A DNA stretch of 63,501 bases, the filler included, from an uncultured Methanosarcinales archaeon (lineage in GTDB: Archaea > Nanobdellota > Nanobdellia > Woesearchaeales > DSVV01), in the NCBI GenBank assembly GCA_964593285.1. It is 4 parts of 4 records of this genome, joined end to end, with 100 filler letters (N's around TTAATTAATTAA, not from the genome) between each part and the next. Parts side by side here need not be neighbours in the genome. Positions count along the whole stretch, not along the records: positions 1 to 2,123 come from CAZQHZ010000001.1; positions 2,224 to 18,980 come from CAZQHZ010000002.1; 2 more parts are not named here. One strand, written 5' to 3'. Numbering within the stretch: position 1 is the first letter of the stretch; each line of letters begins with the position of its first letter. Below are positions 1-12,900 of the stretch, piece by piece. The notes below the pieces were generated by a model. That model was not told the origin of the DNA, made no database searches, and was given only the letters and a program-made list of their open reading frames with translations. The position numbers and the translations under genes were made by a program.

Positions 1-115
1 ATTCCATTATTTTTAAAATTACTCTTTCTTGTATAAATGTTTTTCGAATATAAAAGTTAATTAACTGTGTTTTAAAAAAGATAGCCTTAAATATAAGATA
101 CAAATATTTTACAAA

Positions 116-589
116 GTGAATACTAAAGTTGAATTAATTGCAGCAAAAGCTAGAAAATCCATTAGTGATTATTGTTATAATGATTGTAAATCATATTGTT
201 GTAGAAATGGTTATTTAATTTTAAATGAAAAAGAAGCTAAATTAATTATTAATGAAAAATTTGAAGAATTTATTGAAAATAATACATTAATTAAATTAGA
301 TGAAAACAAGTTTTCTTTAAATTTTAATAAAAACAACCGTTCATGTCCATGTTTAGTAGAATTTAAATGCACTATACATAAAAAAAGACTTAGACCAAAA
401 ACTTGTAAAAATTTTCCAATTTATGTAAATGAAGAAGAAAAAATGGTTTTAATTTCTAATAGATGTTTTGCAGTAAAAGAAGGAAAATTGTATGCTTTTA
501 TTTATCAATTTAAAAACTTAGGTTATAAAATTGTAAAAGGTCATGATAATTCAGATATAGATTTTTCCAAAATAATTGATTCTTGTTAG
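116..589 (+). CDS. YkgJ/CxxCxxCC family zinc/iron-chelating protein
   Basis: CYNDCKSYCC at the N-terminus and CPCL...CTIHKKRLRPKTCKNFP, typical of the family. Confidence 0.8.
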   Translation: MNTKVELIAAKARKSISDYCYNDCKSYCCRNGYLILNEKEAKLIINEKFEEFIENNTLIKLDENKFSLNFNKNNRSCPCLVEFKCTIHKKRLRPKTCKNFPIYVNEEEKMVLISNRCFAVKEGKLYAFIYQFKNLGYKIVKGHDNSDIDFSKIIDSC

Positions 590-660
590 ATAATTAATAT
601 CTTATAAAAAAAATAGTTTATTTGAAAAAGATTTATAAATTTGTAACTTTTTTAAATTGT

Positions 661-2123
661 ATGGATAAACAATTAATGGATTTTTTATTAAATTCTTCTT
701 CATATGAAGAAAAACCAAGAAAGGTAGAATTTAAACAAACACATATTTCTAATGTTTTTTTAACTGATAATTATGTTTATAAAATAAAAAAGCCAGTTAA
801 CTTTGGTTTTTTAGATTTTACAACTCTAAAAAAAAGAAGATTTTATTGTTTTGAGGAACTAAGGCTTAATAAGCGTCTTTCTGGTGATATTTATTTAGGT
901 GTTGTTCGAATTATAAAAAAAGATAATTTTACTAAAATTGATGAATCAAAGTTAATGGTTGATTTAGATGAAGATGATCAAAATTTTAATGAAAATGAAG
1001 AAATTATTGAATATGCTGTTAAAATGATTAGATTACCTGAAGATAGTTTAATGTCTAATTATATAAAAAAAGATAAATTAACAAAAAAACATATTAAAAA
1101 AATTTCATCAATTTTAGCTAATTTTTATAAAAATGCCAAAACTAATGATACTATTAATTCTTATGGTAGTATTGAAAATATTAAATTTATAACAAATCAA
1201 AATTTTGAGCAAACAGAAAAATATATAAGTAGTTTATTTGAAATGGAAAAATTTAATTTTATAAAATCTGCTACAAATAAATTCATTAATTCAAAAAAAG
1301 ATTTATTTAATAGTAGAATTTTAAATGGAAAAATAAAAGAGTGTCATGGTGATTTGCATTCTGGGAATATTTTTATTAATGAAAAAATTAATATTTTTGA
1401 TTGTATTGAATTTAATGAAGAATTCAAAAATAGCGATATTTGCTGTGATATTGCATTTTTGTCTATGGATTTAGATTTTAATTATAAAAAAGATTTATCA
1501 AAATATTTAATAAGTGAGTTTGTAGATTCAACTTCTGATTATTTATTATATGCATTACTTGATTTTTATAAGTGTTATAGAGCATTTGTTCGTGCAAAAG
1601 TTAATGCATTCATGAGTGATAATCCTAATTTAACAAATGATGAAAAAAATATTTATATAGAAAATGCAAAAAAATATTTTCATTTAGCGTATAGATATGC
1701 ATGTATTTTTAATGATTTAAAACCAACCGTTTTAATAAATTGTGGATTTTCTGGCACAGGTAAATCTAGATGGATTAAATTTGCATCAGATATGATTAAT
1801 TCATCTATTTTAAGAACCGATTCAATTAGAAAAAAATTATTAAATATTCAACCAGATACAGTTAAAGATGAAAAATATTATCAAAAATATTATTCTGAAG
1901 AAAAAAGACAATTAATTTATGATTATATTTATAAAAAGGCAAAAGATATTTTAAATCATGGTGGAAAAGTTTCAATTGATGCAACCTTTATTAAAAAAGA
2001 AAATAGATTATCTTACAAAAAATTAGCAGAAGAATTTAATGCAAAATTTATAATTATTCATACTGTTGCTTCTAGTAAAATTATAAAACAGAGAATAAAT
2101 GAACGAAAAGAAGATGAAAATAA
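661..2123 (+). CDS. Aminoglycoside-phosphotransferase-like kinase fused to AAA_33/gluconate-kinase P-loop domain (Rv2004c-like), 3' end lost in spacer
   Basis: QTHIS..YKIKKPVNFGFLDF, CHGDLHSGNI, FDCIEFN and Walker A GFSGTGKS; ATG at 661 follows a TTTATAAA box. Confidence 0.85.
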
Positions 2124-2223
2124 NNNNNNNNNNNNNNNNNNNNNNNNNNNNNNNNNNNNNNNNNNNNTTAATTAATTAANNNNNNNNNNNNNNNNNNNNN
2201 NNNNNNNNNNNNNNNNNNNNNNN
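2124..2223. other. Artificial contig linker (44N-TTAATTAATTAA-44N)
   Basis: Six-frame-stop 12-mer centred in Ns, identical at three places. Confidence 0.97.
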
Positions 2224-2403
2224 AATTATTATTTTTGTTTCCATTTTTATTAGATTTTTTTATTAATTTAAATTTTTTGTCAAAAAGTTGTCTGTTTTTT
2301 AAATTTTTAATTTTAAAAACGAAACTTTTATATATATAATTTATAAAAATAAAGTAATATATAACATATTATGATAATTTTTTTTATAAAAGAGGTATAA
2401 GTA

Positions 2404-5220
2404 ATGTTAAAAAATAGGGTTTTTTATTTATTTTTGATTATTTTTTTATTTGTTTTAGTTTTTTTTGTAATTTCAAACCCTCCATCTCCTGGAACTGTAA
2501 ATCCGGTTGATCCTGAAGAGTCATTAATAGATTCATTGGATGAGTATGTTAAAATAAGTACTTGGATTTCTTGTTATGATGAAAATAGAAATAGTGATAT
2601 TGTAGTTGATTCAAAAATTAATGTAAGTCCTTTGCCAGACGGAAGATCTTATTACCATAATTCTCTTACAAAAGATGTTTGTTTTGATTATAGATGTAGT
2701 AATAAAAATTCTTGTAGGCACATGGGAAAAGTTGGGCTTTGGGGCTGGAGAGGACCAGAAGATCAAGGAGAATGTTTCACATATGATTGGATGGATATAG
2801 CTAATAGTGAATATTGTTGTAATTTTGGTTCTAGATTGGAAAATTATCAATCTGATGGAAGCCGGGTTAAATTTGATTGTTGCATAGGTTCATTTACTAG
2901 TGAAGATGATGAGGAACCATATACTTTTTTTCAAGTTTTATCTACTCCACAATCTTACAGGCCATATTTACATAGATATGAAGGAGAATGTAGTATTTTT
3001 ACAACTGTTGAAACTAAAGGAAGAGTTCCAGATAAAGGTAAAACTAAATTTGTTACGCATTCTTCTACAACAAATGAATTGATACATACTATTGATTGGG
3101 ATGATAATCAAAGCGATTGTGAAGTAATTGGAGGAAATTGGACTGATGAAGCAGGATTTGATGGAAGACGATGCTGTGGTGATGATTATATATGGCTTTT
3201 TGATAATGATTTAGAATTATATGAAAATGATGAAATTTCAAGAGTTTCATATGATCCTTTTTTAGAAGCAGATGAAGATTATGAGCAATATTTATATGGT
3301 GACCCTAGCTATTCACATTTTTTTGCTGGTAGAGGTAATTTAAAAACAGACGTTGGAAAATGGACTGGTGATGATGATAATGTTTTAGTTTGTTATAATG
3401 AAAATGATAATTATGAATGGCTTAGTGAAAATGATGCAGCAAATCAAAATGAAGTATATTGTGAACTTTTTTTAGGTTATAACTGGACTGGTTCAAGATG
3501 CTGTGGGCTGGATGATTCTACATACGATGATGAAATAAATCATTGTGATGCAAAGGAAATTATTCATCAGATGAGTCCTGAAAATAATTTCATAACTCCT
3601 TTGTTTTTAGAACAATTTAATAGTTATTGTTCTCAATATGATACTAGTAATAGGGCATGTTTTCAAGGAAACATTGTTGAAAATAATACAATTACAAAAT
3701 CAGATGCAAATCAAAATGAAGTTTATTCATTAGATGGTAAATTATATTTTTGTAATAGGGATTCACAAAATCAAATTTATGAAGATTTTGAGCATGTAGA
3801 TAAATGTCATGTTTTTGGAACAACTAGTGATGATTTAGCAATATGTGGATATACTAATGACTCTTGGTATGATTCTTATGATGCATCATCCTTTTTAGGA
3901 TTTGATTTTTCAGATTATTCAGCAAATCAAGATGTTGATTTGGTTTTATCACAGTTACATGAAAGTAGTTTACCTCACCCACAAGATTTTGAATATCCAA
4001 GGGAGTGTTGTTTTTTTAATAGGTGCTGGAATGGAAGCCAATGCGTTGATGAAGATGAGGTTTATTCATTTGATGGAGATAATTGGAATTATTTTGATAA
4101 ATATCATGGTGATGAATATAATGGTAATCATGAATATTATGTTTGTCATGAGGGTGATTGGATAAATTCAGATGTAAAATTAAATCATTTTAAAGATTAT
4201 TCTGATCCTGGATTTTGTAATATGAACTTTTCATGTTATTGTAATCAAAATTCAAATTATCCATATAATTATGTGTGTGATGCAGATGATGATGAGGTTT
4301 CAATGGATTGTACAATAAATGAAAATTTTTATTCAAATGATAATTATTGTCTTGCAAATTATGAAGGAGATAGTGCTGTTTCTTCACAATGGATTACTAG
4401 AACCAAATTAGTTGCTATTCAATTAATTTTAATGGCGCAAGAAAATGATTTTGTCTTATTTTGTGATAAATTTGATAATTCAGTAAATTATCCAATAGAT
4501 TTAGAAAATACAAGATATCCAATTAATAGTGTTTGTGTAATTGAATATGATGAAAAAAGAATCATGGGTTTTTCTTTTAATCCAGAAAAAGAAGATGAAG
4601 ATGCACTCGATCAATTTTTATTCGATCCATCAAATGGTTTTTTAAATTATGTAATTGATAGTGATAATTTAGAAGATGAATTTTGTAATGCTTTAAATTC
4701 TGATGTTGATGGTTCAAAACACGGAAATTATGTTAATTGTATTAATAATTCAATATGGATAAATAAAAAATTATCTACAATTATTTATTCAAAAGATGGA
4801 ATTTCACAAAGTAATATTTTTTCAATTGATTCTTATGTTGATATTTTAGATAGTGAAGATGAAAAAATTAATAGTTTAATTGATTCAATTTCAAATAAAG
4901 AAGTTTATCATTATAATTTTAAAAACCCAACGGATTTTTCAAGATTTTATTATTCTAAAAAAGAAAATCAAGAAATTTTAGGATTAATTGATAAAAGGTA
5001 TGATGAATGGAAACCATCTCCTCCAAAACTTATGAACTATATATATGTTAGATATAGTGGTTTTAGTAATGTTTGCAATCACGTAGATTTTGCAAAAAGT
5101 GCTAGAAATTTTGGAATCTCTTGCCATGAATTAAATGATGATACATATGTTCTTGCGAGAACTTCAATTGATAATCCAGCTTATTGGCTTGATTTAACTT
5201 CAAAAATGAGGGCTAATTAA
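2404..5220 (+). CDS. Large Cys/Asp-rich exported or membrane-anchored surface protein (938 aa)
   Basis: N-terminal hydrophobic segment; repeated C...(G/Y)NWT...RCCG-DD motif; many paired Cys. Confidence 0.8.
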   Translation: MLKNRVFYLFLIIFLFVLVFFVISNPPSPGTVNPVDPEESLIDSLDEYVKISTWISCYDENRNSDIVVDSKINVSPLPDGRSYYHNSLTKDVCFDYRCSNKNSCRHMGKVGLWGWRGPEDQGECFTYDWMDIANSEYCCNFGSRLENYQSDGSRVKFDCCIGSFTSEDDEEPYTFFQVLSTPQSYRPYLHRYEGECSIFTTVETKGRVPDKGKTKFVTHSSTTNELIHTIDWDDNQSDCEVIGGNWTDEAGFDGRRCCGDDYIWLFDNDLELYENDEISRVSYDPFLEADEDYEQYLYGDPSYSHFFAGRGNLKTDVGKWTGDDDNVLVCYNENDNYEWLSENDAANQNEVYCELFLGYNWTGSRCCGLDDSTYDDEINHCDAKEIIHQMSPENNFITPLFLEQFNSYCSQYDTSNRACFQGNIVENNTITKSDANQNEVYSLDGKLYFCNRDSQNQIYEDFEHVDKCHVFGTTSDDLAICGYTNDSWYDSYDASSFLGFDFSDYSANQDVDLVLSQLHESSLPHPQDFEYPRECCFFNRCWNGSQCVDEDEVYSFDGDNWNYFDKYHGDEYNGNHEYYVCHEGDWINSDVKLNHFKDYSDPGFCNMNFSCYCNQNSNYPYNYVCDADDDEVSMDCTINENFYSNDNYCLANYEGDSAVSSQWITRTKLVAIQLILMAQENDFVLFCDKFDNSVNYPIDLENTRYPINSVCVIEYDEKRIMGFSFNPEKEDEDALDQFLFDPSNGFLNYVIDSDNLEDEFCNALNSDVDGSKHGNYVNCINNSIWINKKLSTIIYSKDGISQSNIFSIDSYVDILDSEDEKINSLIDSISNKEVYHYNFKNPTDFSRFYYSKKENQEILGLIDKRYDEWKPSPPKLMNYIYVRYSGFSNVCNHVDFAKSARNFGISCHELNDDTYVLARTSIDNPAYWLDLTSKMRAN

Positions 5221-5236
5221 TTTATTTGTTTTTAAA

Positions 5237-6817
5237 ATGAGTTATAAAAAAAGTCAAATTACAATATTTTTAATATTAGCAATAATTATTGTTTTTATTT
5301 TAGTTTTATCTTTTAATTTGGATAAAGTAGTTATTAATTCAAATCAGCCATTTAATATTAATCAAATAGAATCAAATTTTAAATCTCATGTGGAAAGTTG
5401 TATTGAAAGTAGTGCAATTGAAGCTTTATTTTTAGTTGGAAGGCAAGGTGGTGTGATTTATGATTACCAGGTTAATGGTGCTTTGACATATTTAGGTCCT
5501 AATTTGTTTAGTTATGGCGAGTTTATTTTGCCAGTTAAAGATGAATTTGGTGTTTTTAATGTAAGTTATGGTATTGTTAGATCAATTAATGAGTTAGAAC
5601 CACCATTTTATCCATATGGTTTTGAAAAATTAATAGAAAATCCAAAATTAATAAATTCAGATTATAAAAATATTTTTGGAAATTATCCAGAACCTGGACC
5701 TTTAAATCCTTTGTGCAATCCTACAGGTCCAAATGCAAAGGATACTCCAGGAATTATTTATTTTTGCACTAGTTATGGCTCAAAAAATTTGAAAAATAGT
5801 ATTCAAGATTATTTAAATTTATACATCACAAATAAAACACTTGAATGTATTGATTATTCTATTTTTAGTAATGTTGAAAATTTTGAATTAGATGAAAATT
5901 TAGTTAAAACTGATGTTAAATTTACTAATGAAGAATTAATTGTGGATGTTTTTTTTCCAGTTAGATTAAAATTAGATGAAAATACTTTTATTAAAGTAGA
6001 TGATTTTACTGTTAATATACAGAATAGATTAAAATTAATTCATGAATTAGCTGAAAAGTTAATAGAACATGATGTTAATAATGTTTTTTTTGATATAGTA
6101 AGGCATGCTGAGCGATTAAATGATTGTCGAAAATGGAAGGGTACTAATAGTTATTGTTTAAAAGATGGGATTAGTGTTTCACGAATTATTAATCCTTGTT
6201 TAAAAAATGAAAATAAAAATTGTCCAAAAAGAGGAAACTACGATAATGTTTTAGTTATTGAAGATAAAAAAGTAACTTTACAAGGGGCACCATATACTTT
6301 TTATTTGGCAATCCAAAATAGAAGACCTGCACTTGATTTAATATATAATGATTCTAAAACTTATGAGGGTTTTGATATAGTTGGTGTTGTTGGTGAGCGA
6401 ATTGTTATTGATCCAAAAGGCTATGATCCAGATTCTGATTATCATGGATATGATGGAATTATGAAATCTAGGTATAGTTATAATATGTGGAAAGAAGATT
6501 ATAATGACATTTATAAAAAATGGTATTGTGAATATAAGCGTGATGATATTTATGTTAATTTAGATAGTTGCTTAAATGATCTTTTTGATGAAGCTGTTTC
6601 AAGAATTAATGAGCGACCTAAAAATTTCACACAATCAATTGAATTTGTAGAAACTAAAAGGAAAGCTGGTTATACTCCAACAAAAAAAGATATTGGGGCC
6701 CATAATTTAAAAGTTCAAGTTTGCGATGAAGAAAATTTATGTGATTTTCAAATTTTAAAAATTTTAATTTGCTGTAAATTTGAAGATGGTGAATGTATTT
6801 TGGTATGTGAGGATTAA
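5237..6817 (+). CDS. Class III signal peptide (pilin-like) protein with C-terminal Ig/PKD-like region
   Basis: KKS/QITIFLILAIIIVFIL; VESCI...GRQGG shared with 53047; C-terminal YDPD...GAHNLKVQVCD. Confidence 0.8.
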   Translation: MSYKKSQITIFLILAIIIVFILVLSFNLDKVVINSNQPFNINQIESNFKSHVESCIESSAIEALFLVGRQGGVIYDYQVNGALTYLGPNLFSYGEFILPVKDEFGVFNVSYGIVRSINELEPPFYPYGFEKLIENPKLINSDYKNIFGNYPEPGPLNPLCNPTGPNAKDTPGIIYFCTSYGSKNLKNSIQDYLNLYITNKTLECIDYSIFSNVENFELDENLVKTDVKFTNEELIVDVFFPVRLKLDENTFIKVDDFTVNIQNRLKLIHELAEKLIEHDVNNVFFDIVRHAERLNDCRKWKGTNSYCLKDGISVSRIINPCLKNENKNCPKRGNYDNVLVIEDKKVTLQGAPYTFYLAIQNRRPALDLIYNDSKTYEGFDIVGVVGERIVIDPKGYDPDSDYHGYDGIMKSRYSYNMWKEDYNDIYKKWYCEYKRDDIYVNLDSCLNDLFDEAVSRINERPKNFTQSIEFVETKRKAGYTPTKKDIGAHNLKVQVCDEENLCDFQILKILICCKFEDGECILVCED

Positions 6818-6930
6818 TAAAATTTATATTTTGTTATTATTTTAGGATTTTAATCACAAAATATATAAATGTAATATTTAAGTTTTAATAATAAATAAAA
6901 TAGTTTACATATGTTTTAAAAATAAAAAAA

Positions 6931-9900
6931 ATGAGGTTTAATTTTTTTAATAAAAAAAAAAGTATTTTTTGTTTTATTTTTTGTTTAATGTTAGTTATTT
7001 TTGTAACTTCCTTTGCTTATTCAGAAAGTAGCCAAGGATATTGTGCAAATCCTTTTGTTAGTCCTGCTTCATTATTGTGTAGTGATTCAAAAATTTCAAG
7101 AGATTTGTGTTGTCCTGAAAATGTAAATTATTATGATGAAGGAAATTTTATTGAAACACGGGAAGAATGTGTTGAAAATTATTTTTTTGAAGAAAAAAAT
7201 GATATATATGAAGAATATTGTTCTGTTAAGTGTTGTCTTGATTCTTCAGAAACTGATTGTGATGAGATTTATAAAATAAAGTGTTTGGGTGAAGAAGGCA
7301 CACCTTCTGTAAATGAAACTTGTAATAATGCAGGGGTTAATGATTTACCTAAATGTATGCAAGGGTGTTGTTGTTATACTCAAAATGAAATAGATTTTTC
7401 AGATATTATGTCTAATAGTAGATGCGATGAATTTGATGGTAGTTTTGATAGTACAATAACTAATTCAAACAATTGCATGGAAATTTGTGAAATTGAAGAT
7501 GAAGGTGTTAGTGGGTGTTATCCTGAGTGTGATGTTGGGTATGAATGTATAAATAGTGAATGTGTTTATATTGAGGATGAAGAAGTGTGCGATCCATGTG
7601 AGGATTTTGATTGTGATGGTGAATGTGATTTATTTTCATCTTGTCCGATTGATGAATTTTTAGTTTCTAATTGTAATTGTTTTGGAAGTGTTTGTGGAAG
7701 TGAAAAATATTGTTGTGATGGGATTGGATGTACTAATTCTCCTTGTAGCTCTGCAGAGTGTAGTTCAGATATTCCTTGTGGTACAACTAATGATGAAGGA
7801 TGTCCTTTATTTAAAAGATGTAGGATAGATAATACTTTAAGTGCTGTGTGTGAACCACGGGCTGATTGTGGTATGGAATTAGAAATATGTGATACTCCAG
7901 AAGATGATAATCAAAATGATTTAATCAATTGTCAAGATAGATTTTGTCATGATGTGGTTTGTGCAAATTCAGAAGATGATTATTCAAATTGTATGGACAG
8001 GGGGTATTTTGATCATAATGATGAAAATTGGAAATGCTGTTACAATGGGCCTTTGCAAGACTGTAATGAGGATGGAGTTAAAGATACTTGTGGGGCTTGT
8101 AATTGTTTATTATTAGATCCTTTGCCAAGTCCAATACTTAAAAATATAACTTTAATTGGAAATAAAGATAAATTAAAAATTGAATGGTCACTTAATTGTG
8201 AAATTGATTTTTATTTGTATAAGTGTGAAGGTGAATCTTGTTCATCAATTGAAAATTTTGAACAAATTAAATCAACTAGTGAAAAAATATATGAAGATTC
8301 AGCCATAAATTATGATACACCATATTGTTATTATGTTTCTGCAATTTATCCAAATGAAGTTAAAAATTCAGACATTAAATGTATTGACGGTATAGATAAA
8401 ACTTGTATGGGAACACCACATACAAATTTTTGTGTTGATGAAAATAATGAATTTAAATCAAGGTTAACTAAAAGAGCAATTTGTGATAGTAAAGGCCAGT
8501 TGATTATTTCTGAAGATTGCACAAATAAGGGAGAAGGATATATGTGTAAAGGTCCAAATTCAGGTGGGCAAACTACTTGTCTTATTACAGATGATTGTGA
8601 TAATTGTGGTGATCCATTTAATGTTTTTGCATATTTTGATAAATCAAAAACGCTTGATAAAGACTTAAATGAAGTTTTATGTAAGAATTTAGATAGTTGT
8701 TTTTATGATTTTTCTTCTTCTTCAGTTGATTATTTTAGAAGTTGTTTTGATGTTCGAAGTTGTTATGATTATAGAAGTAAATTTGCATGTGAAGAACAAA
8801 ATTTAAATGATTTTAACAATAAATGTCTTTCAAGGAATTGTGAATGGGTTTTTGTTGATGAAGAATTAAATCAAGGAATTTGTAGAGAAAAAAATCCACT
8901 TCATAATAGATGTGAATTATGTAATAGTAATGAATTTAATGAAGTTTTTGGTTTATGTAATTATGAAAAATGTGAATTATTTGGTGATTGTGTTTATAGG
9001 TCAAGCGATGGTTTATGTATTGATTCATATGGGATGGAATGTAATGATTTTTTAACACAAACGCATTGTACTGGAGGTAGTAATTTAGATATGGATATTT
9101 CTTATAATTCTGAAGGAAAAAGAATTTCTGGAACTAACGAGATAATTACAAGAAGTGCTGATGTTGGTGGAATTGGTCTTTGCAGATGGGATAGTACTAG
9201 AAGTGAAGGTGATAAATGCTATAAAGATGCAAATTTTGATGAAAGTTTAGATCCTTTAGGTTTTATAGATTATACGCCACCAAAAACAACAATTGTTTCT
9301 CCAGATAAAATGAGAAATTTAAATATTTCTTTTCATGTATCGGATTTAGCAGGATTTGGTAAACAAAATTCAGGAGTTAATGATTATGATGTTTTCTTCT
9401 GTGTTACTAAACAAAATGAAGATCCTTGTTATCCAAATAAGCGACCTAATTTTATGGAAAATAACAATGGTTGGTTTTATGAAAGTGTTGATGATGGAAA
9501 ACATAATGTATATTTTTATGCAGTAGATAATGCAAATAATTTAGAAGTAGTTAAAAAATTTGAAGTTAATATTGTTAAAAATGGACCAGAAATTACATTA
9601 AATGCACATACTTATTTATATGAAGATAGTGGTGCGGTTTTATTTGAGATTATTTCACCAGAAAATTTATTTTGTTCAGATATATTTTTTAAATCTGAAA
9701 CTGAAGAACTATCTAATTTAGAAAATTCATATGGGGATTATTTTCAATCTAGGTTTTATGATTTGGATGATGGTTTTTATCAATATGCAATTTCATGTAT
9801 AGATGAATTAGGAAATCAAATTACTGAGGAAAAAACAGTTAGAATATTATTTGATCAATCTATCTTTGAAGTTTTACCTACAGGGGTTTTAGATTTAGAG

Positions 9901-12900
9901 GAAGTTGATTTAAATTTAAAAACACGTATTTCTGAATGCAGATGGTCTTTTGAAGATATTGATTTTGATGATATGGATAATAATTTTAATTGTCAAGAAG
10001 GTGTTATTGATTCTGAAACATACTATGATTGTGTTGATACTTTTAATCCTACAGAAAGTAAAACATATCATATCCATGTTGCATGTAAAAAAAATAATCA
10101 AATAAGTAAAGATAAAATATTATTTGTATATGATAATTCATCTCCAACAACTAATATTGTAGATTCTAATGATAATTTATTTAATTATTTTGCAGCACAT
10201 ACTCCAAGTTCACTTAATAATAGTTTGTTTTTAAATTGTACTGATTCACCTAGATTTGGTTTTGGATGTAATTCTTCATTTTATTGTCTTAGTAATCAAG
10301 GTTATTGTAATCCTAACATAAAAGTATCAAAAAATAAGGCTATAAATTTTAATGTTACATCTTTTAATAATTTAGTTGTATGTTTTAATTCTAAAGAAAA
10401 TGTTATTGATGGTATGGGCGGATTAACTGAAACTAGAAAATGTTATGATATGGATAACGTAGATGTGGATGATCCAATTATTAGTGTAATGGACACATTA
10501 AAAAATTATGACCAAAGTGATGATCCTCTTAGAGTTCATGAGTTGAATTTAACAGATGATAAATTTTTATTATCTGGTATTGTAATGGATCCAGATGTAT
10601 CTGATGTAAATTTATTAAATAATAAATTAGACCTAATTGTTAAACACAACGGTACTCAAAATTCATATTTAAATATCGGAGCAAATCCAAATTTTGAGCA
10701 AGAAATAGTTTTAAAAAAAGGTGGTATTAATACTATTGAACTTAGAGCTAGGGATAGATCTAATAGTTTTTCAAATATTTATTCGTATTATATCTCTTAT
10801 ATTGATTATTTTGGAGATAAAATTTATTTATTAGAACCTTTATTTGGTGTATCAGATTCTAAACAATTTGATCTATTAATTGAAACTTATAAAGGTGCAG
10901 ATTGTAGATATTCACTAATCGATGGAGGTTATAATTCTGCAAAACCTATGGATAAATTTAATGAAACAAACAACCAACACACAATATTTTTGAATTGGGA
11001 GCATTTTTCTGAAAATTTAAAACAAGAGATTTTTATTTATTGTAAATTTGATGGTGAAAATTTAATTGATGAAAAATCTTTTTATTTATCTTATAATACA
11101 AAAGTTCCAAAAATTGATCTTTCTATAGATAATTCAGTTTTTGGTTTAATTCCTTTAACTATTGTTGAGCGACCATTTCAAACTAACATAACAGTTAAGT
11201 CTGATGTTTTAGTTAGATGTAAATATACTACTTCAAAAACTGTTTCATTTGATAATATGAATAAATTTGATGGTTTTGATGATGGGTTATTTAATACTAC
11301 AAATGTATTGTCTATTACTGATTTAGAAGATAATAAAGGTTATACATTTTATGTACAATGTGAAAATGAAGCATTAAAAAGATCAAAAAAAGAAAAAATT
11401 TATTTTGAAATTGATAGTTCAAAAGATCCCGGTATTCATTTAGTTTCTCCAAAAAGTCCAACAGCGAATAATTCTTTTAAAGTTAGTGTTAGAACCTCTA
11501 AATTAAGTTTGTGGTGTAAACTTAAACAAAAAGGTAATGAAGAGCGAGAGATGGAAGAATTAACTAATTATGATTTTATTTCACACACAACTTTTAATGT
11601 ATTAGATGGAAAAAATGATTTTTCTGTGAGTTGCTTAAATAATGATGGATTGTCTTCACAAGATTTTAAGATAATTGTTGATACAAAAAAACCAAGTACG
11701 CCGCTTGTAGAAACAGATTCAAAAACCAATAAAAAAGATTATTTAAGTGCAAAATGGTCCGTAAATAAAAGTATTACAGATATTGTATTATATAATTATT
11801 CAATAGGTAAATCACCTGGCGCTCATGATGTTTTTAATTGGACAACTACTATTAGGACTGATGAAATGGTTACTGGATTAAATTTATCTGATAAAATTTC
11901 ATATTATTTTAATGTTAAAGCAAAAAGTGAAGTTGGGCTTTGGAGTGATATGGGTTATTCTAGTATTTTAGTAGATTTTGAAAGTCAAACAAATGGTACA
12001 AATGAAACTCAACCTGATTTATGTAGTAATGGTGAATTGAATTCAGATCATGGTGAAACAGATATTGATTGTGGCGGGCCGTGCGAAGAATGTGGATTTA
12101 ATCAGTCATGTATTTTAAATTCTGATTGTATGTCTGGTGTTTGTTTTGAAGAAAAATGTGCTATGCCTAGCTGTGATGATGAAATAAAAAATCAGGATGA
12201 AACTGCAGTTGATTGTGGTGGAAAAGTATGTGATTCATGTACTGAAGGTAAAAGTTGTAAAAAAGATGCTGATTGTATTACTGAATTTTGTCATCCGTTA
12301 GATAAAAAATGTCTTTATGCAGCATGTGATGATGAATATATAAATTGTCATATTGATGAATATGGTGTAAGAGATTGTGAGGAAGGAACTGATTGCGGAG
12401 GACCATGTGAACCATGTCCTGAAGATTCTGGTGATGTTTGTTATGTTAATGAAGATGGTGAAAACTTACTAGATAGTGATTGTGATAAAATTCCTGATGA
12501 TTGGGAAGAAATGCATGGATTAAATCCAAATGATCCAGACGATGCACTATTGCCAAATAACGATAATCCAAGATTAACTAATTTAGAAGCATATAAAGAA
12601 AATATAAAAAGATCTGATGAACTAGAACCATCAAAAGATAAATCTAGTTTATGGTTTATTATTTTAATAATTTTATTAATTATTATTTTATTAATTGCTT
12701 TATTAATAACTTTATATTATGCATTTTATGATAAATTTCCATCTAAATATAGGTTCGTTATAGATAGTTATATAAATAAAATAAAAAGTTATTTTTTAAA
12801 CTTAAAAAACGAAATTTTAAAAAACAATTTTTTAAAAAATAAAATATTTAATAAAAATTCAAAAAAAGAGAATTCTTATCAAAATAATTCATTTAAAGAT

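Noticed and set aside
2168..2179. TTAATTAATTAA as a biological palindrome or repeat
   Set aside because: Always centred in exactly 44+44 Ns; a six-frame-stop assembly linker
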